IMG/VR virus record: IMGVR_UViG_3300023081_000006 | Reading direction: 5' to 3' (one strand) | Source: an uncultured virus (IMG/VR IMGVR_UViG_3300023081_000006) | Taxonomy: Duplodnaviria > Heunggongvirae > Uroviricota > Caudoviricetes | Length of the DNA: 60,533 bases | Shown here: positions 45,684 to 56,223 of the stretch, in pieces | Numbering within the stretch: the stretch's first letter is position 1 | How the letters are laid out: every line of letters starts with the position of its first letter | Notes under the pieces: model-generated | Database searches by the model: none | Told to the model about the DNA's origin: nothing | What the model saw: the letters and a program-made list of their open reading frames with translations, nothing else | Position numbers and translations under genes: made by a program

Positions 45684-46638
45684 TTCTTAATTTCTCATAA
45701 ATTGCTTTTGCGAATACGCGGTGTCCTTCTACGCCAGGATGCGAGCAGGGTGTTATATATCCTTTAGGCGAACCTTTACCGTTTAGTCCCCAATAACCTA
45801 ATAAAGGTAAGCCCTCAGTTGCTTCAACATATTCTATAAATGTGTGATGTCCCCCAGGTCTAAAGTGTGCTTCCCAAGGGAACATATCAACCATTTCTTG
45901 TTCAATATACCATTTTGATAACCAAACACCTCTATCGTATGCTCTATCATATGCAGGAGTCATTATAAAATGATGTTTTTTAATATTCTTCATCCAAGAC
46001 ATAAGGTAATGTATATTATATATTTGTTCTTGGATAACCATTCTTGGACTGTAAAGATACTCCGCATAACTATCCCACAGTGGTTTTCTAGGATCTTCTT
46101 CAGGTTGAGCATCCTTATGGGGCCACATTGTAGTATGGGTAAAGTGTCCTGTATCTGGCAAGTCTTTTCTAGCAAAATCAAATCGATCCATTCCTGCAGG
46201 AGTGTATATGACAATAACCTCATCTATAAGATCTAATCTAAGATCAGGATAGTGCCAAAGATTATTAATACTTGCTCTATTACCATTACCCCTCATACCA
46301 AAATTGATGTGAGTCCATCCATCCAAAAATTCTCTACATAAAATTCCACTGTAGTTGTTTTGTCTTTCTATTGGAGCCATGTTAATAAAGACATTGTCTT
46401 TAGAAGGACCATATGGACAAAGTTCTGCCCCATACTTATCTGCGATTTCCTTTTTGTGCTCATAAGGCATATCGTTCCAGGAAACCATAGTAAAGTCTTG
46501 TTGAGGTGGTGCATAGTTTTGATATATTTCAAAGGGCACGGCGCCTTGTCCCTCTGCAAAGGAGCAACCAAAACAAATAACAGCTCGTCTTGTTTTTTTA
46601 AGACTTTCGTTAATTGCGGGAATCTCTTCTTTAAACAT
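45667..46638 (-). CDS. SGNH-like protein
   Basis: FGCSFAEG, NFGMRGNGN, HPGVEGH. Confidence 0.7.
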   Translation of the reverse strand: MFKEEIPAINESLKKTRRAVICFGCSFAEGQGAVPFEIYQNYAPPQQDFTMVSWNDMPYEHKKEIADKYGAELCPYGPSKDNVFINMAPIERQNNYSGILCREFLDGWTHINFGMRGNGNRASINNLWHYPDLRLDLIDEVIVIYTPAGMDRFDFARKDLPDTGHFTHTTMWPHKDAQPEEDPRKPLWDSYAEYLYSPRMVIQEQIYNIHYLMSWMKNIKKHHFIMTPAYDRAYDRGVWLSKWYIEQEMVDMFPWEAHFRPGGHHTFIEYVEATEGLPLLGYWGLNGKGSPKGYITPCSHPGVEGHRVFAKAIYEKLRNEQRI

Positions 46639-47995
46639 TAAAATATTCCTTATAATATTGTATTAAAGTTTCCATAGATTTAGGAACATAATCCTCAGAA
46701 TTTTTTCTTAAAACCTCTCTATTATGTTCTAATATAGGCGTCAAAGATCTAAACCATGACATTTTGTCTTCAATGGCATCTATGCGTTTTATCTCTTTTA
46801 TAATAGCTTCCATTCTAGCCCATGTAGAAAGTTTGTCGTAACTTTCATCAATAAAACCTTCAAATGTTTTATAGCCAAAGTCTTTTAAATAATGTAGCGA
46901 GTTTTTATTTCCTAATATAATAAAAGGATGAAACTCTGCAATAGACTTAAATGTTTTTTCACTTAAAAAGCATGTATTGTCATGATCAGAAAAAGATGCC
47001 TCACTAACAACACTAACAAAGGTGTCTTTTATTGTTTGATCATTAAATCTTGTAATATAATACCCATCATCTTTTTCGTTATTTGGAGTATTATAAGCCA
47101 ACAACGGCAGATCCTTATTTAATAATTCAGATTCATCATGCGGAATAAACCTATCTTCCATATGTGTAAAATTAGGATCCCAGGAGTTCATACTACAAAC
47201 TCCTTTGTCAAGTAAGTTGGCGTCTCTTAAATATTTGTAAAACCAAATTCTATGTGCCCTTGTTCTTTTTTGTAGTGCATTAAATGTTTTTAATTTTTCT
47301 AAATTATTTCTTTTATATTCCAACTGATCCAATAACGTTGGTAAAGGACGCCCTTGATGTCTCAATCTATTTACAGCACCCACATGTATCATATTTTCAA
47401 AGTGAGTATGTGGAATGACTTTTAATCTTTCTTTAATACCTAAAGAGTTTGCCCAAATTTGATATTGTTCATCAGCTAAACAATTTCCTGTTACATAGAT
47501 AATTGCTCGTGGGGAAACATTATTCGCCTCACAATCATTATGAAACCAACTCCAAAGCCATTCTGTTTGATATCCCTCATGGCTTTGATCCAATAACAAC
47601 AAAGCCTTTCCTTCCCTCAAATCTTTAAGGTATTTTTTATTTAAAAGGGACAGTGGTGTTTTTCTATTTGGAAAGTTTTCGTTCTTTGCTAGTCCTTTGT
47701 TGTCTTCTCCACACCAATCTATAGGACTATGATTTACTGCTGTTGAAATAATATAATTTGTATCGTTATCATTTTCGTTTTGATAGTGATACACTTCCCA
47801 TTTCTTTTGCTCCCACTTCTCACCCATATTACGTTTAACACCTTCTCTCTCACCGGATAGATTGTGATTGCGGTGCATCATAAGAGTTGTTGTAATTGGA
47901 CACGGTGTAAAGCGATTTAATCCTGATGTATTTTTATCAGGATAATCTATAAAGTTTTCAAAGTCTGGTTCTATTTTCTCAAATGCAAACTTCAT
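46631..47995 (-). CDS. Hypothetical protein, GT10-like C-terminus
   Basis: VSVVSE, FLSEKTFK, HPFII.G, GYKTF...IDESYD; start moved to TAATG overlap at 47995. Confidence 0.6.
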   Translation of the reverse strand: MKFAFEKIEPDFENFIDYPDKNTSGLNRFTPCPITTTLMMHRNHNLSGEREGVKRNMGEKWEQKKWEVYHYQNENDNDTNYIISTAVNHSPIDWCGEDNKGLAKNENFPNRKTPLSLLNKKYLKDLREGKALLLLDQSHEGYQTEWLWSWFHNDCEANNVSPRAIIYVTGNCLADEQYQIWANSLGIKERLKVIPHTHFENMIHVGAVNRLRHQGRPLPTLLDQLEYKRNNLEKLKTFNALQKRTRAHRIWFYKYLRDANLLDKGVCSMNSWDPNFTHMEDRFIPHDESELLNKDLPLLAYNTPNNEKDDGYYITRFNDQTIKDTFVSVVSEASFSDHDNTCFLSEKTFKSIAEFHPFIILGNKNSLHYLKDFGYKTFEGFIDESYDKLSTWARMEAIIKEIKRIDAIEDKMSWFRSLTPILEHNREVLRKNSEDYVPKSMETLIQYYKEYFNV

Positions 47996-48999
47996 TACAT
48001 TAATCCATCTTTCCAAGTTTTGGGAGTTTTTTCATTTATAATCTCTACAGGCAAATTATAATTAAAGGGTTTTGGTCCTCGTAATTTTATATATTCTACA
48101 GTAGATTTAATCATCATAAGTAAATCAGAATTGGGGGTGTAGTTTAAAAGTTTTTTTGCCTTTTCTGCAGAACAAGTTGCGTGTTTAACTTCTTGTGGTC
48201 TGCCTTCCATATATATTGGAGCCTCATTACACCTAGTAATTGAGGAAATCATTTCTGCTAATGTATTAATTGTTACTTCGCCTGAGTCAGGCCCAATATT
48301 AATTACCTCACCATTAATATCTTTTCTATAAATCATTTGTTCTAAACAGTCAACACAATCATCTACGTAGGAAAAGCATCTTGTTTGTTCCCCGTCTCCG
48401 TAAATAATAGCAGGCTTGCCCATTAGGTTTCTATTAATCATTATGCTCATAACATTTCTAAAAGGATCGTCATATCTTTGTCTGGGTCCTACAATATTAT
48501 GCGGGACAGCTATAACATAATCCATTCCATGAACTTTAGATAATATTCTTAGGGTATCTTCGGCAGCTACTTTAGCAATAGCATAAGGATCAACAGGCTG
48601 AGGCGTCATGTCCTCTGTAAAGGGTGCTTCTTGATCGCCATATCTTGCCATTGAACTACAAAAAATAAATTTCTTAACTCCCCTTGCTATGGCAGCACTC
48701 ATTGTTGTAACACTGGCATCATAAATGTTTTTAGTAATAAATGAAGGTGAAAAAACAGACAGTCCTTCGTGTGCAGTGGCGGCTGTATGTATTACAACAT
48801 CAACTCCCTCAAGAATTCTATACATTCCTTCATAATCACAACAATCAACCTTATAACGACTTACTCCTTCAGGTATATTATCAACATACCCGCCTAACAA
48901 GTTATCGTTTCCAATAATTGTGTGATTTGTATTCTTTACAAGTCTTTCGCCTAAATGACTTCCTAAAAAACCCGCGATGCCTGTAATTAAAATTTTCAT
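47995..48999 (-). CDS. NAD-dependent epimerase/dehydratase
   Basis: ITGIAGFLGSHL, SSMARYG, YAIAK, HNIVGPRQ, GDGEQTRCFSYV. Confidence 0.92.
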   Translation of the reverse strand: MKILITGIAGFLGSHLGERLVKNTNHTIIGNDNLLGGYVDNIPEGVSRYKVDCCDYEGMYRILEGVDVVIHTAATAHEGLSVFSPSFITKNIYDASVTTMSAAIARGVKKFIFCSSMARYGDQEAPFTEDMTPQPVDPYAIAKVAAEDTLRILSKVHGMDYVIAVPHNIVGPRQRYDDPFRNVMSIMINRNLMGKPAIIYGDGEQTRCFSYVDDCVDCLEQMIYRKDINGEVINIGPDSGEVTINTLAEMISSITRCNEAPIYMEGRPQEVKHATCSAEKAKKLLNYTPNSDLLMMIKSTVEYIKLRGPKPFNYNLPVEIINEKTPKTWKDGLM

Positions 49000-49754
49000 A
49001 ATTGATGTTCCTGAGCAAGAGCTCTTGCAAATAGTGTATGTCCTAAACGAGTGGGATGACCTCTTTCGTGAAAATATTTTTCTAAATTTTGATGTTGAAC
49101 TTTTTTGTTAATAAGATCAAAGGTGGTAATTTCCTCTTCAAGTAACAAAAGCTCTTTCACACACCAGTCAAACATATTAGAATGACCACCAACAGTAATT
49201 ATATCTGTCCATTGAATTGATGTATATAGGTGATTATCAAAATAAAGAAATTTTTCCTGTTTATACTCGTTTGTAAAAGAGGGAAAAATCTTATAATTCA
49301 ATATCCCGTTCGCATGACAAAATTGTTTAAGTAATTTATAAGACAGTAAAAAGTTTGTATTCTCAGATCTTTGAGAACTTATCTTAGCCCAGATTTTACA
49401 TAGTTCTTGATGTTCTTCTCCGTGAACATTGGGGGGTTCTGAATTAGGAAAAATGGTTAAAAATTCATTAAAAGTTTTTTTCGGTTTAGGAACCCATTTA
49501 GGATTTAAATAGTCTACCCTGGATAAAGCTGTTGGCATCCAAATTAAATACTTTTCTTGATAATCACTCAATCCTAAGTCGTACATGAATAAATTCAAAA
49601 CAGAACCAAGATTACCAACTCCCTCTGTACCTAGGTTAATATAATCTGCATTACAAATGTTAGCATATTGAGCTAGAAAAGATGCTTCTTCACCCCCGGC
49701 TTCTGCACCCTGTATAAAAGAATCACCTATTCCTATAATAAGTCTATCCGACAT
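48996..49754 (-). CDS. SGNH-like protein
   Basis: GDSFIQG, NLGTEGVGN, GHPTRLGH. Confidence 0.7.
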   Translation of the reverse strand: MSDRLIIGIGDSFIQGAEAGGEEASFLAQYANICNADYINLGTEGVGNLGSVLNLFMYDLGLSDYQEKYLIWMPTALSRVDYLNPKWVPKPKKTFNEFLTIFPNSEPPNVHGEEHQELCKIWAKISSQRSENTNFLLSYKLLKQFCHANGILNYKIFPSFTNEYKQEKFLYFDNHLYTSIQWTDIITVGGHSNMFDWCVKELLLLEEEITTFDLINKKVQHQNLEKYFHERGHPTRLGHTLFARALAQEHQL

Positions 49755-51234
49755 TGACTACCTCTATTCTAGTATTGTTTTCTTCTTCCGCTAAGTGTTT
49801 ACATAGATTCCAAAATGATTCCATATCTGGAAATGTTTCTAAAAAGTTTGTATCCCTTCTTCTATCTATTTCTGTAAACCATTTATAAAAATCTATTCTT
49901 CCTTGTTTTACTTTTTCATCATCATACTGAACTTCGGCAAAATAATCTCTAACACGTCTAAATCTTTCATATTCTATATCACTAAATTTTTTAGTGTCCG
50001 AGTCGTCTCTATTATCATCAATAAACTTTAAGATGTTGTCAAAGTGAGGCAAATATTCTTCTTTAGGAAGAATGTGCATATCATATTGTAAAGGCTCTTT
50101 TAAATAAGGAGTATCAAACCTTATTTTTCGATCTTGTGGATTTCTAGGATCCAATACAGGAATTACATCATCATAAAGTTCACGCCAATCTAAAATCTTT
50201 TGTAAATACTCTGTAAAAGAAGTTACTGACAAGATATTGAATGTACACATGTGCGTAATATGGGACTTAACTCCTCTAACATAAATGTCCTGATTCTTTT
50301 CCCACTTATTTACATCTAATCCTGTTCGCAAATACTCAGCACGTTTACCCCAAGTATCCATGCTTGTAAACATCTTAAACTTTCTAATTTTTTTACTGTC
50401 TAAAAGATCATTTATAATAGGCACTAGTTTTTCCACGTGCCTATGTGTCATACCGAGATTGCTATTAACATTAATTTCTAAATCAGGCTTAGGATTTTCT
50501 TTTAGATCATTAAATAACCGCCACGTGGATTTGTGTAACAGTGGCTCTCCGCCAGTAATACGCAAGATGTTTAATGTCTTGGACATCTCGGGCCACCATT
50601 CCCACCAAGCCTTAATAAAGGGATTATTGTCTTCATCTTTCAATGATGATAACAAAGAGCTCTGTTCAATGTAGTCTATATCTAAGGCATGGTTTTTAAC
50701 CATGTTGTATGGACCAAACTTTTTAATTTCATTATAGAAGCTTGTGCTTACAGCAGGATGGCAGTAACCACATTTAAAGTTACATTCATTGTGAAATGCA
50801 ACTTCTATATATTCTGGATTAACATTGTAATCCCACGGCATGCTTTTAATTTCTTCTATACGCTCAGGTGTAAAGATACTAGCATTACGAATTTTTCTAT
50901 CGCTAATGTGTTGCTGTTCCCAAGGTGTTTCATCAGTATCTAAACTTTCAACGTTCCAACAATACTTACACCCATCTGGTTTTTCACCAACAAGCATCTC
51001 TGCTCTTTCTTTTTTCTTTGTGCTTGTATTATGCAGAGCTGCTGGGTTTACTTTGATTTCTTCTACAGAAATATCATGGGGTCGTGGGTGATAACAGCTA
51101 TGCGTTTGCCCAGAGTACATGTATATTGAGGTGTGATGCCATTTAGCCAAACAGAAGGTTGGACTAATTTGTTCTTCTAGTTGTTTTGTAGTCTGACGAA
51201 TTTGTTCTACATCAGACTCGTATTTCGTACCCAT
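49744..51234 (-). CDS. Radical SAM protein with N-terminal twitch-like domain (paralog of 42270-43775)
   Basis: CLAKW...SCYH...CKYCW, CNFKCGYC, GGEPL. Confidence 0.9.
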   Translation of the reverse strand: MGTKYESDVEQIRQTTKQLEEQISPTFCLAKWHHTSIYMYSGQTHSCYHPRPHDISVEEIKVNPAALHNTSTKKKERAEMLVGEKPDGCKYCWNVESLDTDETPWEQQHISDRKIRNASIFTPERIEEIKSMPWDYNVNPEYIEVAFHNECNFKCGYCHPAVSTSFYNEIKKFGPYNMVKNHALDIDYIEQSSLLSSLKDEDNNPFIKAWWEWWPEMSKTLNILRITGGEPLLHKSTWRLFNDLKENPKPDLEINVNSNLGMTHRHVEKLVPIINDLLDSKKIRKFKMFTSMDTWGKRAEYLRTGLDVNKWEKNQDIYVRGVKSHITHMCTFNILSVTSFTEYLQKILDWRELYDDVIPVLDPRNPQDRKIRFDTPYLKEPLQYDMHILPKEEYLPHFDNILKFIDDNRDDSDTKKFSDIEYERFRRVRDYFAEVQYDDEKVKQGRIDFYKWFTEIDRRRDTNFLETFPDMESFWNLCKHLAEEENNTRIEVVNVG

Positions 51235-51832
51235 CTTTAATGCCTATAATCATGTATCTAGAGAAGTTTCCACAATCCAATTCACCAGAATACAATATGT
51301 TTTCATGCCCGCATTGTCCTTCAAACTCTTGTAAAGACGATGCTGTTCTGATGTGTTCACCTATTTCCAAATTGTTGCTTTGTACGACAAACCATGTACC
51401 CATAGGAACATTATCCCACCATCTGTAATACGACATTTGGTTAATGTGTTCACAAGAAGTATTTATTACTAGCTCAGGAGTGTCATTATAAACATACTTC
51501 ATCATATCACATGTAACAGCATTAATTTTATCTTCTTTGGTTGTTATTCGCCTTACAACCTCTTCGCAATCTGGATCAATGTCTACAGTTGTAATATCGC
51601 CCAGAATTTGAAAGTTATCTTTTAGGAGAGTAGCTAGAACGCCGTACCATCCTCCGAATATATGAACGTTGTTGAATTTTCTGCAGTCGGAATACAGTCT
51701 TAGTTTTTCAATTAACCAACTTTTACTATCTAGTTGACTAGAATAAAAACAATCTGAAAATCTTTGGCTTAGATGATTTTGATATCTTACATAGTCCATA
51801 TACAAGGACAGTCTCTCTTTTGTTATCTTCAT
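51212..51832 (-). CDS. Class I SAM-dependent methyltransferase-like protein
   Basis: SK.WL, FGGWYG, VDIDP, INTSCEH, VQSN. Confidence 0.75.
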   Translation of the reverse strand: MKITKERLSLYMDYVRYQNHLSQRFSDCFYSSQLDSKSWLIEKLRLYSDCRKFNNVHIFGGWYGVLATLLKDNFQILGDITTVDIDPDCEEVVRRITTKEDKINAVTCDMMKYVYNDTPELVINTSCEHINQMSYYRWWDNVPMGTWFVVQSNNLEIGEHIRTASSLQEFEGQCGHENILYSGELDCGNFSRYMIIGIKDGYEIRV

Positions 51833-52134
51833 AAGAAAAAGGATCTCAATAATGAGCCAAACAGCATAATACCGATAACACCGTTTAGCAGGACAAGTGC
51901 TCTATCTTTCCACATAAAGCCAACAACAAACCATCCCATTGCACCTGCCCAGCTTAAAAAGACGTCCCAAATATGTAATTCTGGAACACCCGAGCTTCTA
52001 AATGCAACGGCAAAAAGAACAGAAATGCTGGATAACCATTTAATATACCAGTCAATTGTTCCTTTGGGTGTTTGGCTTTTTTGTATTCGTTTGCTTTTTT
52101 CTAATTCTTGTTTAGAAAAATCATTAGGTGCCAT
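51829..52134 (-). CDS. Small membrane protein (3 TM)
   Basis: DWYIKW, GW..VG..WKDRAL..LN. Confidence 0.75.
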   Translation of the reverse strand: MAPNDFSKQELEKSKRIQKSQTPKGTIDWYIKWLSSISVLFAVAFRSSGVPELHIWDVFLSWAGAMGWFVVGFMWKDRALVLLNGVIGIMLFGSLLRSFFL

Positions 52135-52137
52135 TAA

Positions 52138-52344
52138 TTATTCCACCTTTGTAATAGGCGTAATTGTGGAAGTGTCGTTATAATCTCCGTTATCCATATA
52201 ATCTCGTCTATGGATTTCACGAACTAAGAACCCGTTCCTAACTTTAATAACGGTCATCTCTCTCATCAATACACCTTCCTGCAAGTCCTCACCGATTGAG
52301 TCTGCGAAAGGCCCCTCAGCAAATGGTACATTTCTTACAGTCAT
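52138..52344 (-). CDS. Hypothetical protein (start reassigned)
   Basis: AAGGAG SD before MTVRNVPF. Confidence 0.65.
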   Translation of the reverse strand: MTVRNVPFAEGPFADSIGEDLQEGVLMREMTVIKVRNGFLVREIHRRDYMDNGDYNDTSTITPITKVE

Positions 52345-52366
52345 TTTTTTCTCCTTTTTAAAAAAT

Positions 52367-52720
52367 TTATCTACGCATTCTTGCAATATCTTTTGCATGT
52401 TGATCATCTATAATTGGGACGGCATTGGATTTGTGCATTGTGGCAATACCCTTAATAAGAGTACCTGTATAACGCATAGGTTCTTTTTTAGAGCCAACGC
52501 CGCCATTTTTGTTAAATGTTCCATCCGCGACTTGCTTCTCCATAAGTGAAGGATACTTTTCGCGATGGTCCTCGTCCCGAACATATTTGTTCGTTGGCAC
52601 ATACTCTTTGAATTCTGATTTTTTGCGGCGGGGGGTAGATACGGCTTGGGACTTTTTCTTTCTTCTTTTTCGTCCGGACATGTCGTAACGTAGAGAGTTT
52701 TGTAAGTTCAAGTAAGCCAT
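52367..52720 (-). CDS. Conserved hypothetical T4-like protein
   Basis: YTGTLIKGIATMHKSNAVP...AKDIARMRR motif. Confidence 0.8.
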   Translation of the reverse strand: MAYLNLQNSLRYDMSGRKRRKKKSQAVSTPRRKKSEFKEYVPTNKYVRDEDHREKYPSLMEKQVADGTFNKNGGVGSKKEPMRYTGTLIKGIATMHKSNAVPIIDDQHAKDIARMRR

Positions 52721-52803
52721 AATATACCTTCCTTCTCTCTCATAGAGATTTATAAGAGTTTTTACTAAAAAATAATATCAATTTTACCGTATATGCCAAT
52801 TAA

Positions 52804-52846
52804 TATTTATAAATACAATTATATAAAATTTTTACATACATGTCAA
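52804..52846. promoter_or_regulatory. Palindromic bidirectional late promoter plus leftward sigma70 promoter
   Basis: TATTTATAAATA at 52804-52815; minus-strand TTGACA (52841-46)-N17-TATAAT (52818-23). Confidence 0.75.
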
Positions 52847-52893
52847 GGAAATTGGAGGTGAAAACACAAAAAAAATAACTCTAGGAGACCAAA

Positions 52894-53883
52894 ATGCGTA
52901 ACTTTATAATTATGTTCGCCGCTGTTTTGTTGGCCTTCCCTGTTTTTGCACAAGATGCAGATTCTAGTAGTAGTGAGACTACCACCAATGTTAATACCAC
53001 CAATACTACTAACACAACCAGCACATCAACGAACACCAACACCAACGTCAACACGAATAATAATAACACGACTGTAAATAGTACGTCAACTAACACGAAT
53101 ACCAATACGAACACAAATAATACCACTATTAACAGTACGTCTAATAACACAAATACTAATACGAACACAAATAATACCACTATTAATAGCACATCGAATA
53201 ATACCAATACGAATAATAACAACAATAATACCAATATTAATAGTAACAATGTGAATACCAATAATAACAATACAGTAAGCAACAACACCAACACTAACAT
53301 TAATAATAGCACTTCCAATAGTACGTCTAATAACACAAATACGAACTATAGCGAGTCTGATAGTAATGTTACAACAAACAACACCAACAACAATAGAAAC
53401 GAGAATATAAATCGTAACGAGAGCACATCAACACAAAAGATTGAGCAGGAAATTAAATCTCCACCTCCATCTGCAATCGCTCCTAGTATAGGATCTTCTT
53501 ATTCTCAAGACCTATGTACAACAGGTGTTTCTGGAGCAATACAAACTCAAATTCTAGGTTTGTCTGCAGGAAAGTCTGTAAGAGATATGAACTGCGAAAG
53601 AATTAAATTGTCCAAAACTTTATATGATATGGGAATGCGTGTCGCTGCTGTATCTACAATGTGTCAGGACGAAAGAGTTTGGAAAGCCATGATGATGGCA
53701 GGCACTCCTTGTCCTTTCGAAGGTAAAATCGGCGATGAGGCATTAGAAGCGTGGGTAGAAAATCCTCAGCTAATTCCTGATAACGCATTAGACGAAGTTA
53801 AAATGAAAGACGAGGAAGAAGATGATAAAACAGGCTGGTACGCTGCTGGCGGGGCTGCTGCTTTACTTTTGCTCCTCTTATAG
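52894..53883 (+). CDS. Secreted Asn/Thr-rich protein with Cys-containing domain and hydrophobic C-tail
   Basis: Signal peptide (AFPVFA-Q), about 150 aa of N/T low complexity, 4 Cys (DLC, NCER, MCQD, TPCP), C-terminal AAGGAAALLLLLL. Confidence 0.8.
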   Translation: MRNFIIMFAAVLLAFPVFAQDADSSSSETTTNVNTTNTTNTTSTSTNTNTNVNTNNNNTTVNSTSTNTNTNTNTNNTTINSTSNNTNTNTNTNNTTINSTSNNTNTNNNNNNTNINSNNVNTNNNNTVSNNTNTNINNSTSNSTSNNTNTNYSESDSNVTTNNTNNNRNENINRNESTSTQKIEQEIKSPPPSAIAPSIGSSYSQDLCTTGVSGAIQTQILGLSAGKSVRDMNCERIKLSKTLYDMGMRVAAVSTMCQDERVWKAMMMAGTPCPFEGKIGDEALEAWVENPQLIPDNALDEVKMKDEEEDDKTGWYAAGGAAALLLLLL

Positions 53884-56212
53884 TTTAGCAGAAGAAACAC
53901 AGGTAATGAACGGTGTTGATGATGGCACCGTTCATATCAATTTAGGGCACACTTTTCCATACTACGGGGGTATCTTTACTGATGCCTGGATGTCTAGTAA
54001 TGGTTTTATTTTACTATACGACCCTGTATCACAATTCGGTAATCCTAGCACTAACAACAACGGATGCTGTAGCGGGTTCAATCCTTCTGGTTATAACTAT
54101 GCTGGAAACAGTTTCAGTTACATGCTTGCTCCTCTGTGGACAGACTTGAGACATAACACTAGCATACTAGATTCAGGTTACTTTTATGAGACAGGGACAG
54201 ACGGCACCGCATTTCTTTGGAAGAACATAACAGAATACGGCACTAACAATCTAAACACATTTGGTGTTCAACTATGGCCCGATGGTTCTTTTGATTTTCA
54301 TTATGCAGATGTTAATGTCACTCAACATAGTGTATGGATTGGATATACAGGTGACACGACAAGTTTAAATGGAAACGTCTACGATGAAGTAACCGAATTG
54401 TTTTATGGACAAGGTAGTTTGTCAATGGATGATGTGGCTTCTTTTGCATCTGAAACGTATGAAATAGAAGGTAACACATATTACGCATGGTATGGGCAAG
54501 ATGGTGGTTATGAAAGTAATGCTGGTCCTGACTGCTCTAATCCTTTAAATGATCCTTCTTGTGAAGGTTATGACGAAGCATATTTTAATCAACAATGTGA
54601 ACAAAATCCATTATATGATCAAGGCTGTTCAGGGTATGAAGAGGCATATTATAACCAACAATGTTCAGAGGATCCTTTATACGATCAAGGCTGTTCAGGG
54701 TATGAAGAGGCATATTATAACCAACAATGTAATAACGACCCCTTATATGATAGTGGATGTCCAGGATATGAAGAGGCATACTACGATCAACAATGCTCAT
54801 ATGATCCGTTATACGATTCAGGGTGTCCAGGATACGCTGAGGCATACTACGACCAACAATGCTCATATGATCCATTATATGACAGTGGCTGTCCAGGTTA
54901 TGAGGAAGCATATTATTCACAGCAGTGCAGTTTAGATCCATTATATGACAGTGGCTGTCCTGGTTATGAAGAGGCATATTTTGATCAACAATGTAGCTTA
55001 GATGCATTGTATGATGAACAATGTCCAGGTTATACGGAAGCTTATTTTGATCAACAATGTGAATTAGATGCTCTGTATGATCAAACATGTCCTGGTTATG
55101 AAGAAGCAAATGCAATACAAAATGCAACAGGACAAGATTTTGTGTTTGGTGATGAAATTAGTGATTTTTATGACATGGGTGTTGAAGAATTTGATGCCAC
55201 AACAACAGATATGGGTGTAACCGATGAATCTATAGGGTTTGTTGATGAAACAATGTCAGATAGCGGTGAAGTTTTTATAGAAGAGGCAATTATAAATGAA
55301 TCTTTGCCTGAAGAAGAGCAATTTTTGGAGGAAACACTCGTAGAAGAGGTTTTTGAAGAGCCAATAGATGAGGAAACGTTGGTTGAGGAGGAAATTTTTG
55401 AAGAAATTACTCCTATGGAAGAGGAAGTAAGTAATTTAGAAGAAGAATTACTCATCGAAGAAGAAATTGTTGAGGAAATTGTTGAGGAAGAGGAAGAATT
55501 TGTTGAAGAGTTTGAAAAAGAAGAAGAGCCTGCAGCTAAATCTGAAAAAATATCAAGAAATACGCTAGAATTAGTTCTTGACATAGTACAAACAGTCACC
55601 ATAATCCAAAATGCTCCAGAAAGTGCTCAAAGTGAGGAGTTATCGCAAGAATTAGAAGCAAAAATAGACGCTTTAGAGCAAGATCTAGCACAAAATCAAC
55701 AGTCGTCGGTACAAGATAATGGTGAAACACCGCAGGAGAGTATAGAATCATTTTCATCTAGCTCAATGGAAATGGAATTTGAACAAAACTTTAATGATGC
55801 TATTGCAACAGGGCAAAACATAGGTGAATTTTTAAGTGGAACACAGCCAAACTTTCAAGCGTTTGATGTAAAACCACCCAGCTCAGAAGAGCAGGAAACA
55901 ATGGCAAAGGCTGAGTCAGTATTATCCGAGATATCACAACAAGACTTGGAAGATGCTCTACAAAGTTTTGCAGAAGAGATTGAAGAGTCCGGGGGTTTTG
56001 AAGGAGACCAGCGGATAACATTATTATTGATGTCATATGTCAAAGGTTTTGATATGTACACCGAGGCACAATTAAGAGATCAACTTAATTGGTATCGTGT
56101 TAAAAAGATATATGAAGGAAAGAACATAAGGGATTCCAGAAGTAGATCGCTAAGGCTAATGTATGGTGGTCAAAAACTTCATGAGGATCTGGTTAATTTA
56201 CAATACGAGTAA
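53822..56212 (+). CDS. Secreted protein: NIDO-like domain, nine 22-aa Cys repeats, Glu-rich stalk
   Basis: Signal peptide; FPYYG...SSNGFI...LAPLWTDL...NTFGVQL; repeats CxxDPLYDxGCPGYEEAYYxQQ. Confidence 0.8.
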   Translation: MIKQAGTLLAGLLLYFCSSYSLAEETQVMNGVDDGTVHINLGHTFPYYGGIFTDAWMSSNGFILLYDPVSQFGNPSTNNNGCCSGFNPSGYNYAGNSFSYMLAPLWTDLRHNTSILDSGYFYETGTDGTAFLWKNITEYGTNNLNTFGVQLWPDGSFDFHYADVNVTQHSVWIGYTGDTTSLNGNVYDEVTELFYGQGSLSMDDVASFASETYEIEGNTYYAWYGQDGGYESNAGPDCSNPLNDPSCEGYDEAYFNQQCEQNPLYDQGCSGYEEAYYNQQCSEDPLYDQGCSGYEEAYYNQQCNNDPLYDSGCPGYEEAYYDQQCSYDPLYDSGCPGYAEAYYDQQCSYDPLYDSGCPGYEEAYYSQQCSLDPLYDSGCPGYEEAYFDQQCSLDALYDEQCPGYTEAYFDQQCELDALYDQTCPGYEEANAIQNATGQDFVFGDEISDFYDMGVEEFDATTTDMGVTDESIGFVDETMSDSGEVFIEEAIINESLPEEEQFLEETLVEEVFEEPIDEETLVEEEIFEEITPMEEEVSNLEEELLIEEEIVEEIVEEEEEFVEEFEKEEEPAAKSEKISRNTLELVLDIVQTVTIIQNAPESAQSEELSQELEAKIDALEQDLAQNQQSSVQDNGETPQESIESFSSSSMEMEFEQNFNDAIATGQNIGEFLSGTQPNFQAFDVKPPSSEEQETMAKAESVLSEISQQDLEDALQSFAEEIEESGGFEGDQRITLLLMSYVKGFDMYTEAQLRDQLNWYRVKKIYEGKNIRDSRSRSLRLMYGGQKLHEDLVNLQYE
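54533..55110 (+). repeat. About nine tandem 66-nt coding repeats
   Basis: QQCxxDPLYDxGCxGYxEAY units, two Cys each. Confidence 0.9.
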
Positions 56213-56223
56213 AGGAGAAAATA

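Noticed and set aside
52881..53336. Leu/Val-rich minus-strand ORF resembling a membrane protein
   Set aside because: Antisense shadow of the Asn/Thr-rich codons of the plus-strand gene
53830..53883. GlyGly-CTERM sorting signal
   Set aside because: Has GG and a Leu run but lacks the terminal basic residues
54549..55127. Alternative-frame and antisense repeat ORFs; possible DGR or CRISPR repeats
   Set aside because: By-products of the 66-nt coding repeat; no spacers, no reverse transcriptase, no evident adenine-specific variation
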